Below are positions 13,308-27,019 of a stretch of DNA of 64,000 bases, piece after piece (the stretch's first letter is position 1; every line of letters begins with the position of its first letter). The notes under the pieces were generated by a model, which worked only from the letters and a program-made list of their open reading frames with translations, had not been told where the DNA came from and did no database searches. Where the stretch lies: contig OZ199839.1 in NCBI GenBank assembly GCA_964304625.1, positions 9,252,528-9,316,527 on the forward strand. The letters are read 5' to 3'. Origin of the DNA: Kudoa neothunni (lineage: Eukaryota > Animalia > Cnidaria). The position numbers were made by a program, and so were the translations under genes.

Positions 13308-13375
13308 TCTACTATATATAAAGTTCTTATGTCCGTGAATGAGTGTGTTTGTTGCAGTACGAATGTGCCATGGAA
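13308..13375 (+). mobile_element. candidate Helitron 5' end (related copy at ~62681-62750)
   Basis: A|TCTACTATATATAAAG start followed by TCTTATG...GTGTGTTTGTTGCAGTACG; a similar TCTTATG...GTGTATTTGCTGCAGTATG follows a (TA)n tract at 62681-62750. No matching 3' end found. Confidence 0.35.
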
Positions 13376-14272
13376 AAACTTTTTTTTAAATTCAGCTTTG
13401 AGTTTGTATTTGAATAGATGATATCATTAATAAAAATAATGAATTTACTTAGAAGTATAAATATAATCAATTCCAAAGTCAGAAATAAGGAATTTTCTGG
13501 TTGTCCACATCAATTAACAGATTAAAAATACCTGAATAATATTGATTTTAGTTTATTTCAGAATAATAATCAATTAGAATAAACTTTTACTCATTATACA
13601 CTAAGAGAATCTGTTATGTACAGTATAGAATGTTTTTAAAATGTAATGCATGTCGTTTGGAATAATCTTAAGAGAGACAACGTCTTTAAAGCATATTTAC
13701 CAGAAATGTTTCATTCCCTTTAAGTTTGTGATATAAACAAATTATTTACGATGTAGATTCATTTTAAATCGTTAAGGATATATTTATGCGAAAAATATTA
13801 TAATCGTTCAAAAAACGATGTAAGTTGTGCGTGGAGTTTTCAAAAGATTAAAATTTTCTGATAATTTCTTAAATGAAAATTATACTCCAACAAAATTCCT
13901 GAGGTTTAAACAATATTTATCTTTTCGATAAGTTTTTACACACGTTTCGGTTTTTCTAGGACATCTTACAAAACAAGTGACAACAAATTCAGTAATTTTC
14001 TATAATTAAGAGATATTTTTAAATAATGCACAAGCTCCTATAAATCTGCTTATTTCCTTTCTAAATGGTGAATGACAATCATGAGATATATAGAATGTTC
14101 TAAAAGACCTGATTCTAAAAGAATATCAAGAATACAACTAATCTGAATCATATTAAATAATGAACATAAATATTTAATTACGATAGCCAAAACATTGTAA
14201 TTAATATAATTGTATCATTTATAAAATTCTTAGTAAAGGAAAACAAAAAGGATTACCTGAGGAAAAAAATTG

Positions 14273-14278
14273 AAAAAA
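14273..14278 (-). terminator. Pol III oligo-T terminator of the 5S gene
   Basis: T6 on the minus strand immediately 3' of the 5S end. Confidence 0.85.
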
Positions 14279-14281
14279 GGG

Positions 14282-14399
14282 ACGTCGCAACACCCCGGGT
14301 TCCCAGAGGGTCGCCCACTCGAGTACTGACGGGGCCGATGGCTGCTTAGCTACGATGATCTGACGGGTATCGGCGTTTCCAACCACGTATGATCGCGAC
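14282..14399 (-). rRNA. 5S ribosomal RNA (single dispersed copy)
   Basis: ~118-nt GC-rich island GTCGCGATCATAC...CCCGTCAGATC...AGCTAAGCAG (box A)...AGTACTCGAGTGGGCGACC (box C)...GGGAAC...GGTGTTGCGAC; 5' GTCGCGA pairs with 3' TTGCGAC (helix I). Confidence 0.95.
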
Positions 14400-14421
14400 A
14401 CATGTTGTTCTTGGTCGCATA

Positions 14422-14429
14422 TTTTTATA
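14422..14429 (-). promoter_or_regulatory. TATA-like box upstream of 5S
   Basis: TATAAAAA at about -30 to -23 relative to the 5S 5' end. Confidence 0.5.
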
Positions 14430-14691
14430 GGTTTGCATTTTAATTCTTATAGAAACAATTGATATTAGATTAATACATACAGATCTCTTGATATTGCGAA
14501 GTGAGTTAATATTAATATCTAATAAATTTATTTGATTCTTCAAATCTCAATAACTAAAACAAATTGTATTTATTTTCATTATAATACAGAAAACATTTTT
14601 TATAATTTCATCCAACGTAACAAAATATAGATATTACTTACTCTCTTAATAATGCGCAGTAAAATGTCCCAATGTTTATCGTATTCTTAAA

Positions 14692-14718
14692 ATATTGCGC
14701 AGTTGGCGCATGCGCAAC
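14692..14718 (+). promoter_or_regulatory. NRF1-like GCGCATGCGC palindrome with overlapping TTGGCGC
   Basis: ATTGCGCAGTTGGCGCATGCGCA; the 16-mer AGTTGGCGCATGCGCA is identical to the element upstream of MED18. Confidence 0.45.
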
Positions 14719-15859
14719 TCTATAGAAAATTATGTGAATTTTATCAATTATTAGATAATTATTTTATGTACTATTTAATAAATGGATAAATAATCTTTAT
14801 TTAAGTTAAGTTGAATTTTTATAATTAAAACCTAACTTTTGCATAACTAACAGATAATTGCTGTAAATATATGAACTCCAATAATCAACACATCAAATAG
14901 TTTATTTAATTAACGAATGTATTTATCAAGCATGTTAAAATAAGTTACTCATGTATATATTTGTTTTAATATCTTAACCTCTTTTTACTTTTGAGTAAAA
15001 CCTTAATGCATGATTTCCATTCTTAATTTTTCGATTAAACAAGTTAAATATATTTAATTTTGTTACAATAATTCTTTTTAAATAAAATTATATATGTTTT
15101 AGTTTATATATTTTGTTCGAAATCAATTTTTATTTACGAATTGTTGATAAATTCGAATTTGATAATGAAATAACCTAAAATGAGGTTATGTTAGAACATT
15201 AATCACGAAATTTCTATTAATGATGGAACAAATTATTTTAAACGTGGTAATTTTTTTATCTATAATTTATTACCCTATGAGGATAATCAAAACATTGAAT
15301 AATCTTCAACTGAAAACATTATTGACGCTAATTATATCAGAGAATTAGAAAATTACTTATTTAATAATGTTAAAGGAAGAAAACATTACAAGCCAGTTTT
15401 GTAGCATAACCTCAAGGAAGAGAATAATTATACAACAAAATATTTACAATTTTTATTTTTTCTATAATGTGAACATAATTTATATGGAATATTTAAACGT
15501 TGATAAATTCGAATAAAAAGAAAATGAAGTAATAAATGAGTAAGATTAAACTTAACCTATCTGACAACTTAAATTTTTAATAATAATTATATTAATATAC
15601 ATATATATATAATGAAATAATCCATCTAATCTTCAATTTCCATTTAAAAAGAAACGCAAAATGAGAAACAGCCCTTTAGTATATTTACAATAAATATCAT
15701 ATATGGAATTTTATGAATAAAATTAAAACTGTTACAAAAGATAACTTTAATTTACATGAGTATTAATTTGTTATTTTGGCAAAAAAATGAAAACAATTAA
15801 AAACGTAAAATATAATACAAAACGATAAAAAGAAAATTTTAACAACGAATAAAATTTCT

Positions 15860-18800
15860 TTAATGAAAAGATGCCCAACCATAGAACATTTGACTGAGAT
15901 TTTTAGGGTCGGTAGCTTCACCGATCAACTGGTTGACTTGACCGGACACATTAAGTGGGATTTGGAATTTGGATTGGTTACTGAAACCGAGTAATCTTTT
16001 TTCAATTTGATCCAATATCTTTTGAGCATCTTCATTTGGTTCGTAGCTTTTTTTTGATTTTTGGACTGAACGATGAGACTATAATACAAGAGTCACAATT
16101 AATTTATAACGAATGAATTTAAACTAGCAAGAAATTTACTAACAGAAATAGAACGATTGATAATTAAGAAATCAATAGATTGAATCAAAAAAGTAGTACT
16201 CACCTTTGTCCATTCAACGAGAGGATCGTAGAGGAAGGTTTTAAGTACTGTGATTAGTGAATCTTTGTGAGTTCTCATTAAACCTAGCACAATTACACAA
16301 CAGGAACGGAAAGCTCCTTCGAATCCCAACACACCCATAGCATTGAGCATATTATGTGTGAGTCGGAAGGGGACGCGTTCAGGCCAGGCAAAAAGTTCGC
16401 CTTTATTGAACAAACAGTTGAAATCCACATGCATCACGGCACCACTACTCAATTGGAGCAGAATATTTTCGCCATGTCTATCCCCCAATCCGAGCACATA
16501 TCCAACCATGGACATCACCGCGCACGACTTGGCGAAATTTTCTCGAGCCATATACCACAAAGCATGATCTTGATACGTATCGTTGAACCACTCCGATAGA
16601 ACAGGTGGATGGTTTTTAAGAAGGATTCGAGTGAACAGACGCAACAATCGTTCTGGGTCTTTGTTGGTTTCTTCAAACAACTTGCGAATTTCACTCGGTT
16701 TCATGTGTGTTGATTTTTGTTTGTAGATATCACAGATGACAGTTCGTAAACAGCTGGTACCCTCAACCCATTCGATAAGGCCGGATTCATCGTTGAGGGG
16801 TACCACAGCGTACAGTTTTATTTCAAGCCGTCTTCGGTGTGATTCTTCATTTTCCACCAGGAATTTGTTAACTAACGCATTGAATTCCATCAAACGGAAA
16901 TCTCTACGTAGATCGTCTTTAGGTTTGCACATCATAGAATAGACTAATCCGTTGTTGGCGAGAAATGATATTTTCTTAGGACGTTGCAATGACGGAAGTA
17001 CTGCAATTTGTTCTTGTATCGATGCGATAGTGATAAATGAGAAATCATTGCTGTTGGCGCCAATCGAAGGTGAGGATTGTTCGTTGGAAGGTCCAGGTTC
17101 TTCATTGTCTCCAACAACGAATCTAGGTCTACTACTCGAAGATACATTAGACACGGCTAAATTTGACAATATGGGCACAGAAATAGCACTGAAATTCGAA
17201 TGAGAAATCATTTTTTTGAGTTGGGGAAAATCCTTGGCTACAGTTAGTTTAGACTTGTCAGATTTCTTATCACAAATAAGTATCAACTTTTCTGACAAAC
17301 CGATCACATCGGTTATAAATTTGGAGTGTTGAGGATAGGTCTTGACGGTAAGATCGAACACCTCTTTACAACGAGTGGATCTCATTTTGACACTGCTGTT
17401 GGCAACACCGACCAAATACCACACAGTGTGTTGGGGATAGCGAGCTAATAGGAAACTCAACAGATTCAATAACACTTTCCAGACGGTTTTATTTTGATGG
17501 CAAATGCGTGAAATGAGTTGTGACAACGAATGCAGAAAGGTGTGCGAAGGTAGCGACTTATACAAAGAGGTGACTTTGGCGCAAAGTTCGTTAACTTTAG
17601 AGGCAACCTTATATTCTTCAAACATAGTTGAATTATCACCACCACTACTATTGATCAATAACGATGACGAGTCGTTTGACGTATGATGGTCGAAAGAGTT
17701 TCTCTTGCGCTGTCGTTGTTGTCGATTAGAATCAGCAACCATAGTTTCAAAATCAATCCACAAAATAATAAGTCGTGGTAGTGACAAATGCAGAAATTTA
17801 GAGCCATATTTGAGTGAGGTGCCATAATGATTAATAATGCTTACCGCACCGGAAGCAAGATAATTGGCATATTTTTCATCATCCACAGTAGAAGCGATTA
17901 ACTTTTCGTAATAATTTGCTATGGAGAAATACAATTTCTCATAGTGACAATTGAGCTTGATGATGTTGGTGTAGTTTTTGAGAATATCCTGAGGAGTCAA
18001 ATGAGAGGTCTTTTCCGACAGCGAGCACAGCTTGAGTGAAACTTTTGAATGGAGTCGGTTGTTGGGTTGGGGGAAGTGGATGCTACCGGCGTGATTTTTT
18101 AAATAACTCTCCAGCACTGAAACAGCCTCATAGTGGTCACCACAAGCTTCATAATATTTGGTCCGTTCGTACGCTAACTGTAAGGAGTTATCAAAATATT
18201 GAGAATGTTTGAGGTAGGTGTTGCAGGTATCCAGCATTTTAGATTTTCGGGAAATGCGAGCACACTGTAAATAATTTTTGGCGATATCCGCTCGATTGGT
18301 TAGAAACAATCGTTGTAGAGCTAGAATCGGTTCTCTAAATTGGTAAGACTTGTGTGTAATAGCGAGACGTTGATTGAGTAGTTTCATCAGATTTCCAACA
18401 TTATCATTTTGCTCAATATGACAATCCAATTTAGAATTATTTATGCAAGGGTAACTTTCATTGCTACTAGTACTAAGATTGGAGTGAAGAATTTCAGACA
18501 CAGTTAGCACATTAGGCGAATTAATTTTGGAATACGTGTGTTGATGTTGTTTCTGTAGAAACACATGTTCTATATCAAATAGGATATGGAGACGTAGAAA
18601 AATGTTGTAATTCCGGTTAAACCAATCGCCTTCGGTGTTTAACATTTTAAGTTTTTGAGCTTCGACAGCGTAACAACGATCCAAATGATGATAGAAATTA
18701 TCGGCACTATTCTGTTGTAATGATTGTATACAGCTCACAAAGGAAAGATTGTTGGAGGTTGAAAGGAATCGATTTTCATCGGGAATGTCATCATCTTCAA

Positions 18801-21800
18801 AAGTATTGAGTATTTTGTGATATTGGGAGAAAACCGATCGACTATCCTGTACTATACTATCAATACTATCCCATGAAGATAGACGCCAAACCGCGTCTAA
18901 TTTGATATCGAAAAACTCGGTGAAGTAATTAGCAGAGTTGCTGTTACTGTTAGTAACATCAACATTGCCATTTGCGCAATTGTTAACCAACCAGTGTGTA
19001 GGTGTTTGATAGTTGATAACAGTTCTAGGTTGGTAAAGGTTGAGGTAGTTCCTAAGAATGCCACATTCTAAGCTCGCGCCATCTATTTTATCAATGTTAT
19101 CTATATTGTCCACGCTATGTATATCTTTATTATCTATGCTATTTATGCTGTTCATATTAATAGAGTTTGTTCCAGTCCGACTTGGATTATTATAACTGAG
19201 CGCAACCTCTTCACACACGACAGCATCATGAAAGTTATGCTTCAACTCCAATTCGGATATACGGGATAGCACATTGTTGGCGCAGAATTTCAGCGAAGAA
19301 ACGCCACATATGTTATCCACATCACCGAGGCAGGTGTAAATATGATGCAGCAGGTCGGCATGTTGAGTAGTTATTACGATAGCAGAACGATAATCCAACC
19401 GAGTTGCAATCATTGAGCCCAAATCCCGCTCAATGTACCTCAAAGCACGTACATACGACTTACAGCGTATAGACGCTTTGCACAGGTCAATCCATGGAAA
19501 ATGCCCCAAAAACTCCTGTAATCTACTCACTACTAATAATGAGCAATTAGTTGTGGGGTTGGATGTGACACTCGCTTTCTGGAAGTGCCTCAGACGTTCG
19601 TACAGAAAGTCCACACAATCAAACAACACTTGCATACATCCAAACAAAAGGTCTCCCCCATCATTTAAAACTTCTCCTTGACAACCATGATGATGGGATA
19701 GAAATTTTTGTAGTATCGTTTGGAATTCTAACACACATTTTTTGTTATTATCTTCACAAATATTCTCCCCAGCAATTTGTTTCCTTGAGATTGTTTGTTT
19801 GACTTTGTTTGCATCCAAACACAAAACTTCAAAAAGAATATGGGGCAAAAGGGTTCTTGCAATCACATGGTCCTGACTAACAATAGTGATACATGATCTA
19901 AGAATTGCGATTCTTTTGTAGGAGTTATCACTACGTTCATCGAACTGTCCACCAAGCGACGAAGCGTTGCACATAGGAAGTAATGACATCAGATAAGAAG
20001 CCCACAAAGTGATCCACTCATCACAATTGGACACTCTTTCACTACCAACAACCGGAAGTTTCAAATTAGCCACATATTTCAATGTCATTTTGGTACGATA
20101 TCTGGAATACAGATGAGAACGTAAAATTTGCCGAGTGTCTTCATCAAATAGAATCCAACGTTGATATTTTAGTACATTCTTCGAATCTTCACTGCATTCG
20201 TAAAATTTCAACACCTCCTGAATGGCATAAGAGGCACAATCTTGTTGGCGTGAATCCACACAACACACAAACGACTTGCATAACTCTTTCAGCAATTCAA
20301 AGCAGAATGTGAGATCGTCTCCGGCGGGAGAAATTTGATAATCTTTTTTCAACTGAACCATTGAGGTTTGAAGCATCCCCTCCAACAATACTGGATCAAT
20401 GGTTCCCATAGTAGCGAAGAATTTGCAAGATTCCACCCCAATTTTTGATTGTTTATTCTGAGCACATAAAACCACTTTTGCAATAATATCAGCCAATTGT
20501 TGGTTGCCACACCGGTTGGTGAGATTGGCAAGAAAAGTGGAATAATTGCATCGAATGTAGTCGGTGGTATCGAGAAGGGCAATCAATTGCAACTCAAAGT
20601 CATCACTACTCACAGCCATCGATAGTCTGCTCAGTATGTGCTGATAAGCGGTTCTGTTCATATATTCTGTCTTGTCCTGTGAGATTGAGACTAATTGTTT
20701 GTCGATTGACGATGCGTTTGTATTTGTATTTATATTTGGTTGTTGTAGTTGTTTCCAGATGTGAACAATTTGTTCAACTATAACGTTGAATTTGTTAAAT
20801 TTACTGTGCAGATTAGAACTATCTAAAATGCTTGTAGTGGTTGAAAACGACATCGACGAATTATTGGGGATGGCAATCAAAGACAAACAATGTTGAGGAT
20901 CGGTTGCAAATTTATCAAAGACAATCATCTGATACACTTCATACACTAAATCTGGATAGCGACTGTACAACTGTATCAATCCACTGGATATGTGTGGAAG
21001 TACACTCACACACGTATCTACTGACAGGATCTGCACAAATGACTTCCAAAGTTGACATGTGTGCCAACCCAACTGATGAATATGTTTGTATTTCATCGTG
21101 GTGGATTTTACGAGTGCTAGCAACTTGTGCAGCACCTTCTTAATGTGACATTCCCCTAATAACTCCACCAAATAAGCCAAACTCTTGATGGCCAATCTCA
21201 ACTCCATGTAGTTGCCGTGTGAAAGCAGATTGTTGAAAAATGCAATCAACCCATACAAACGCACAGACAAATAGTCTTTTATGGCTGCATTGCTGTTGTC
21301 ATGGCTGGGCTCTACGGAGAGAATAATCGCAATAGCCATCATAACTGTGGTTTGGTCCACACACAGATGCATCACCAAATGAATGATTACATTGTGCATA
21401 TCATGTCTTGCCAACGAATCCAGTTCGTAATTGTTTTTGGTACAACGTTGAATAAATGTGGAACAATGCTCCAATTCTTCGCCATTACAATGCAGAAACA
21501 AATAACTATAGATGTGTTTGGCTGATTTACATAACATCTCATTCATACTACAACTACAGTAGTCTGCAATCACACCCAACAACTGATAAGCCATTTCACT
21601 AGCCATGTGGATCAATAACGATATACTCTCATTGATAAATATCGAATACAACGAATATTTGTTGTACGGGTTGAATAGTCGATCGAGAACATAAATAATT
21701 TTTTTGATGAGTTCACTTTGAGTATTTCCATTATTAATGTTAATGTTAATGTTATTGTCATTATTATTGTTGTTGTTGTTAGCAATCGAAGTAGTAGTGG

Positions 21801-24573
21801 ACGAATGCAACTCATTCGTATCGTAATCAACCACAAATTTGTTCTCAATCACAAATTTCAATACCAACACATTGATTTTCAGACTATTGCCAGTGTATAT
21901 GTCAAAAGTGGTATTGTAGTCGTTGTGGCGACTTTTCGCCAAAGAATTTATTGTATGGGCAATAGAACCTAAACAGGTTTTATCAGGGTGGATAATGGCA
22001 ATTTTCACAAGCCACATCAATATCTGCTCTTCAACTAGCACATAATTGTTCTTTTCATCAGAAGGAAATTCAATTTTTTCATTTTCTAACAACTGTAGTT
22101 CACAATCATCCAATCCAACAATTAACAACTGCAAAAAATGAACACATTCTATCGGATTTGATTTTGGACCAAGTTTTCCATGGCAAATATAATCAATTAA
22201 ACAACTGGCCCTATTGTAGTTGTTACAACGATTGTTGATTGTACATAAGAGCCAGCTAACCACATTACAAATTAAGGATTGTGAGGCGATAGCGTTATTA
22301 TCAAAAGTGGATTCAGCCCAATCGATGCCATTGCTGTTCAAATATTCGAACAATCGATCACTCATTAAACAAATAGAATCGCATTGAAAATGAGCACTCA
22401 AAAGTGTCATGCATGATAAATATAATAACTGGAAAGACAATAAATTTCCTTCTTCAATAAGTTGACGGTTTGTAGTCAGTGTGTTGTGAATGTAATCGAT
22501 TATGCTTGCAAACGATTGAAAAATTGGATCAGAATTTTCGATCCTATGCACACAACAGCAACCAACAGGAACATCACACAGTGTTGAAGTGTTAACTCGA
22601 TCTATTGATTCGTAGAATGATTGTGGAGTTATTATAGGATTGACATTGGTCGAACATTGAGCATAGAAACAAATAATGTCTTTATACACTTGGAAAAAAT
22701 GTAGAAATTCAAGTTGTGGTAGATTAAGGATCTTTGATGTAATATTTTTGGTGATAAATTCAGTGGTAATTATTTCTGAGTGTTGAATGGCGACAATCGC
22801 AACCAACTTGAACACCAATAAAACGCTAGTATTAGCCATAGTTGATTTTTTCGAAAATAAACAGTCAAATAAAATCCTCAGGATTTCATCCAAAACATTT
22901 AACTCCAGTGAATGCCCTAAAAATAGGACATTCCTCACAGTGCAATTGATAATATAGGGTGAATCAAATTTGGTAATGTATCGAAGCAAATTTGTTATCA
23001 TCGAAGAATATGAGGAGTGATTCGCTTGAGCTAAAACTCTGTTAAGTATAACCACATTCAGCCAACAAACTATAAGCATTTGCTGACGAAGTGAAAGGGA
23101 TTTTTCCTCACTGGTACACTGGATTATAAGATATTCAGACAGTTTAGTGATGTATCTTGAAAGGGTTGAATTGTTGGTGTTATTTATTGATGTATCAAGA
23201 GAATTCTTATTGCAATGGAGACAGTACTTTGCAACCATCAATAGATCGGTAACATCCAAATCGTCGACGGTTGAAGATTGTTGGTTGTTCTGAACAGTTT
23301 GCGAGTCGACCGAAAAATCAATATTCATCATTATTTCGATCGATGCTGAGGCTGATAATAAAAAAGTGTAATTGCAATCTTTTATTGTATCCAACTTAAC
23401 ACCATACGCCTTGATTATCGAATCGGATATGTTCAAATAGGCGCCAATAAGACGATCTAATTTCTTCGTATTAAAGGTGTTGTTTTCGGTGACGATAGCG
23501 AAAAAATTGAATATTTTATCTATCAAAAAAACCAAATTATCCAGTGAAGAGTTGATTGAAGATTTATGATTGTTATGAATCGATAAAGCGAAACATAATC
23601 CATCAATGACACATTCCACAAAACCACACACCTCTTCAAATGTATTCTCACAACACACCAACCTAGATTCATCATCAATAAGACGATAAACTAATGTCTC
23701 CGCAAAACCCTCACTAAGCTTCAGAGCAAGCTCAACAAAATGAATGGAAGTTTCGGAGTAATGGTGGAGGTGGAAAGAAACAAATTTCAAGATCTCGAAC
23801 TTAGTGCAATATGTTCCCGAACAAAAACACATATACAACATATTGGTAAAGTGCTTAAAGTTGTCGTTCGATACAAAAAAATCCACATACAATTGCTCCA
23901 CTTCGAAAGCAATCACCAACTGCACAACAATCATTTCCATTAGAGCTAATTGATCGTGAACACACTCCACAAATATTTCGTTTGGCATCTCAATAATATT
24001 TTGGTCGTCGTTTGATGCAACGGTTGCAGGAGTAATAATCAAACTGTAACAACTCTTCATTTTCAAGTCACCCACATTTTCACAAAATTGAATAATGCAT
24101 TTTTTATCGTTGATCGTACACGCCAAATCCACTAATATAGAAAACAACAGTAGCACCCATTTCTGTAAAATGCTAAAATGATGCTTTCGAAATTCCAAGA
24201 AATATTTCTTCAAAATACGATAAATCGACGGAATGAAATCATCATTTTTGGTTGGATGAAGCGGAAAATATTTTCTAATTTCCAAAAATTCTCGTAGAAA
24301 CCATAATATTGCAAGATTATTGATATTATCTTCTGAGTTTAGTGCCGACTGCTCCGAACCTGACTGAACCGTGCGAACATTCTTAAATATCAACTCTGGA
24401 AATGATTCAACGCAATGGTCGAAAAATTGTAGAATTGCCGCGTGTTGATTTTGATTGGTTTCCAATTGGTTATTGTATTCTTCATTTTGAAGCGTGTGTT
24501 CTTGTTGAATAAATTGCACCCATTTTTTGACAGCCTCGATGATATTTTGGAGCGAGACTTCAGCCTGCGACAT
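15860..24573 (-). CDS. ATR: serine/threonine kinase ATR (PIKK family), 2 exons, ~2862 aa
   Basis: Exon 1 24573-16204, intron 16203-16079 (GTGAGT...TATAG, 125 nt), exon 2 16078-15860. Kinase motifs SLQRPKKI, CKPKDDLRRD, GLGDRHGENIL, HVDFNCLF, PERVPFRLT; ATR-typical QDCASYAIQEVLK and LSLPRLIILWIDF; the spliced last exon supplies FATC (PLNVSGQVNQLIGEATDPKNLSQMFYGWASFH). Confidence 0.96.
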
Positions 24574-26394
24574 CTTCACGCCTGCGCATAACCTTCAAGC
24601 GGGGTTATAAATATTCTTTTTTTATTCATTAATTTATTAAGTATTTAATTAATTGATTCCTTAATAGTATAAAACTTTAAAATAAATTTTAATCAAAATA
24701 ACTCATTTTGTGCACGTGTGTTGATCATTTTATCAATTTTTTTATTCACATTCTGAAAGTATTATTACCAACAGTAACATTGATATTGTATTGCATTCAT
24801 GTTATAAAGATTCAAGCTAGAGTAACAGTTGTAATTGTGTTACAATAGTACAGTAAAAATTACAGCCGACGATGGTTATTGCGTATTTATCGTGTCATTA
24901 TTATATTAGAAATTTGCTGTTGGCATTGTAGATGATATTCAGGTGTCACTAGTTTTGACACTATTTAATTATTTCTCAATAATAAGATATGGTTGGCGGG
25001 TTAGCAATAGTTAAATACGACAGATTCTACAAAATATTATGTGGGTATACAGCTAGTGAGACACGGTCACAACTCGTCCAACTCTAATAAGTGTACACAC
25101 AAATCTACTATAAAGCTGTTTCATGGTATTGTTCTTGTTACATTTCCCCTTAAGCTTGTGATTACTGTATATTTTAGAATAATATTCACCGTTTTAATGA
25201 AAGAAGAAAAAACCCACCAGAATGTTATATCATTATAAAAACGGGGAAAGGAAAGATTAATTATTAACAATCGCCTTTTGGGAAATGTTTATTGGCAAAT
25301 AAATTTTAATTCTATCAGAAAATACTGCACATCTTTACTCCCTCTAGCTCTGATTAATGCTTCTCCGGAAATAGAATTTTCTCTTCAGGAATTATCGAAA
25401 ACATCAGAAGAAATAGAATGTTGTGTTTTTCATGAGATAATCTTGTTCTAATGAGGAAATTTTTCAACACATCGACCAAATGATGTCATAAATCTGAAGT
25501 TTCTGATTTAACTATAAATTAACGTAATATTTATACATATAATTAAATATTAGTTCCATTTTTACAAAAAAATCTTATTTGTCCGATTTGGGTTGGCAGC
25601 GCTTTTTCCTCAATCAATAATTTCGAAAAGTAAGCTATAATAAAAATATATTGCTTTTTCGGGAAATTATATTTTATCTTATTTTGAGGTAGAAGAAATC
25701 TTAAATGTTTAAGAAAACAATAAAATGTTGTAAACTATCTATAGTTAAGATGTAATGAGCATAATAATCAAGTGTTCCCTAGGATGACCTTTAGACATAG
25801 GCATGAATGGATTAAATTATTTTTATCAACGAAACGCATTTAATTCCAATAAATACCATTTTAAAAAGAAAATATTAAATTTATACCATAAGACTATGGT
25901 AAATATTATTTTAAATATTATCTGGAATTGATATCTAAAATATATAAATAAAAATTATAATAATTTTAAATCAATGTTATTTTTCTGGAAAACTGGCATT
26001 TTTACTATATTTGAGCTTACGTGTGTGTATCTTTAGGATTAAAATTAACGTGTCAAGTGCCTCTACGTAAAGTTAACGTTACTCTCTTAATACTCGAATA
26101 TTTTTTTAAAGTCCGACGAAAAAATATTAAATAAAAATAGTTGGTTATAACGATGTAAAAAGTTAAAATGCTCAAAAAATTCTAATAATCATTTTCATCA
26201 AATTACAGAAAAAATAGAAGTTAAGATAAAATTCTATTCGGATGTATCATTGCCATTTAAAAATTTGACGCTGTCTTTATAATTCATTAATAGTATATTT
26301 AGTAGCTTATTTGTAAACAATGGCTTGATATAACCAATAAGCTAAAATCGATTAATGTTTGGTGTTAATTTCTTATTTTCTTGATTATTCCATA

Positions 26395-26400
<6 letters not shown>

Positions 26401-26438
<38 letters not shown>
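26401..26438. repeat. (TA)n microsatellite
   Basis: About 19 uninterrupted TA units. Confidence 0.95.
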
Positions 26439-26441
<3 letters not shown>

Positions 26442-27019
26442 CTGAAGCTTTTAAAATGAGGTATAACAGATTGAGTTCTAATATATTTTTTTCTATGATT
26501 ACATATATATAATTTAAAATAATGGTAATAATGATTATTAGAGGGTAAGCTTCGATTATCTTTCCATAAGATTTTTAAATAAAAAAAATCATATATATAT
26601 ATATATATGAATACATTTTACATTATATAAATTTATATTTTAACATAATTCTTTCGTGAAATATTTTATTATGCATAATAATAAATTATTGTATTTAATA
26701 TCGCCTTATTTTATATTTTTGAATGGATATTCATTCGTTAAAATAAACTATAATTGTTTTTAATTTGTTTTTAAATAGATAAAAATTACTAAAACTTTTA
26801 AAATTATTTTGAAGAAAATATTCACAATAGAGCTACACGGAGGTACAATTTTCTCGCTTGTTCATTTAATATTTAAATGAATTTTAGACACCAAATATTT
26901 ATTTGTACTCTTCAATCGACACAAAATTAACGCAATCTAATCAAGGACCAAAGAAAAGTATTAAATGAGGTAAATGTATGATGTGAATAGAAGAATTAAA
27001 TTAACGGGTTTGGGGGTAT

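Noticed and set aside
14692-14720. Resemblance to the U4 snRNA 5' end (TTGCGCAGT.GGC)
   Set aside because: Downstream U4 stem and Sm-site elements are absent.
15200-15450. Coding-like stretch with two in-frame stops
   Set aside because: No recognisable family or splice model.
16099-16203. C-terminus of the 2826-aa ORF (VSTTFLIQ...FVIN) and its GTG start
   Set aside because: It reads into the intron; the true end is the FATC exon, and the first ATG is at 24573.
16343-23943. Short + strand ORFs overlapping ATR (and similar antisense ORFs over CRAMP1, cathepsins, CDC25, HSPA12)
   Set aside because: Antisense or off-frame shadows of real coding sequence.
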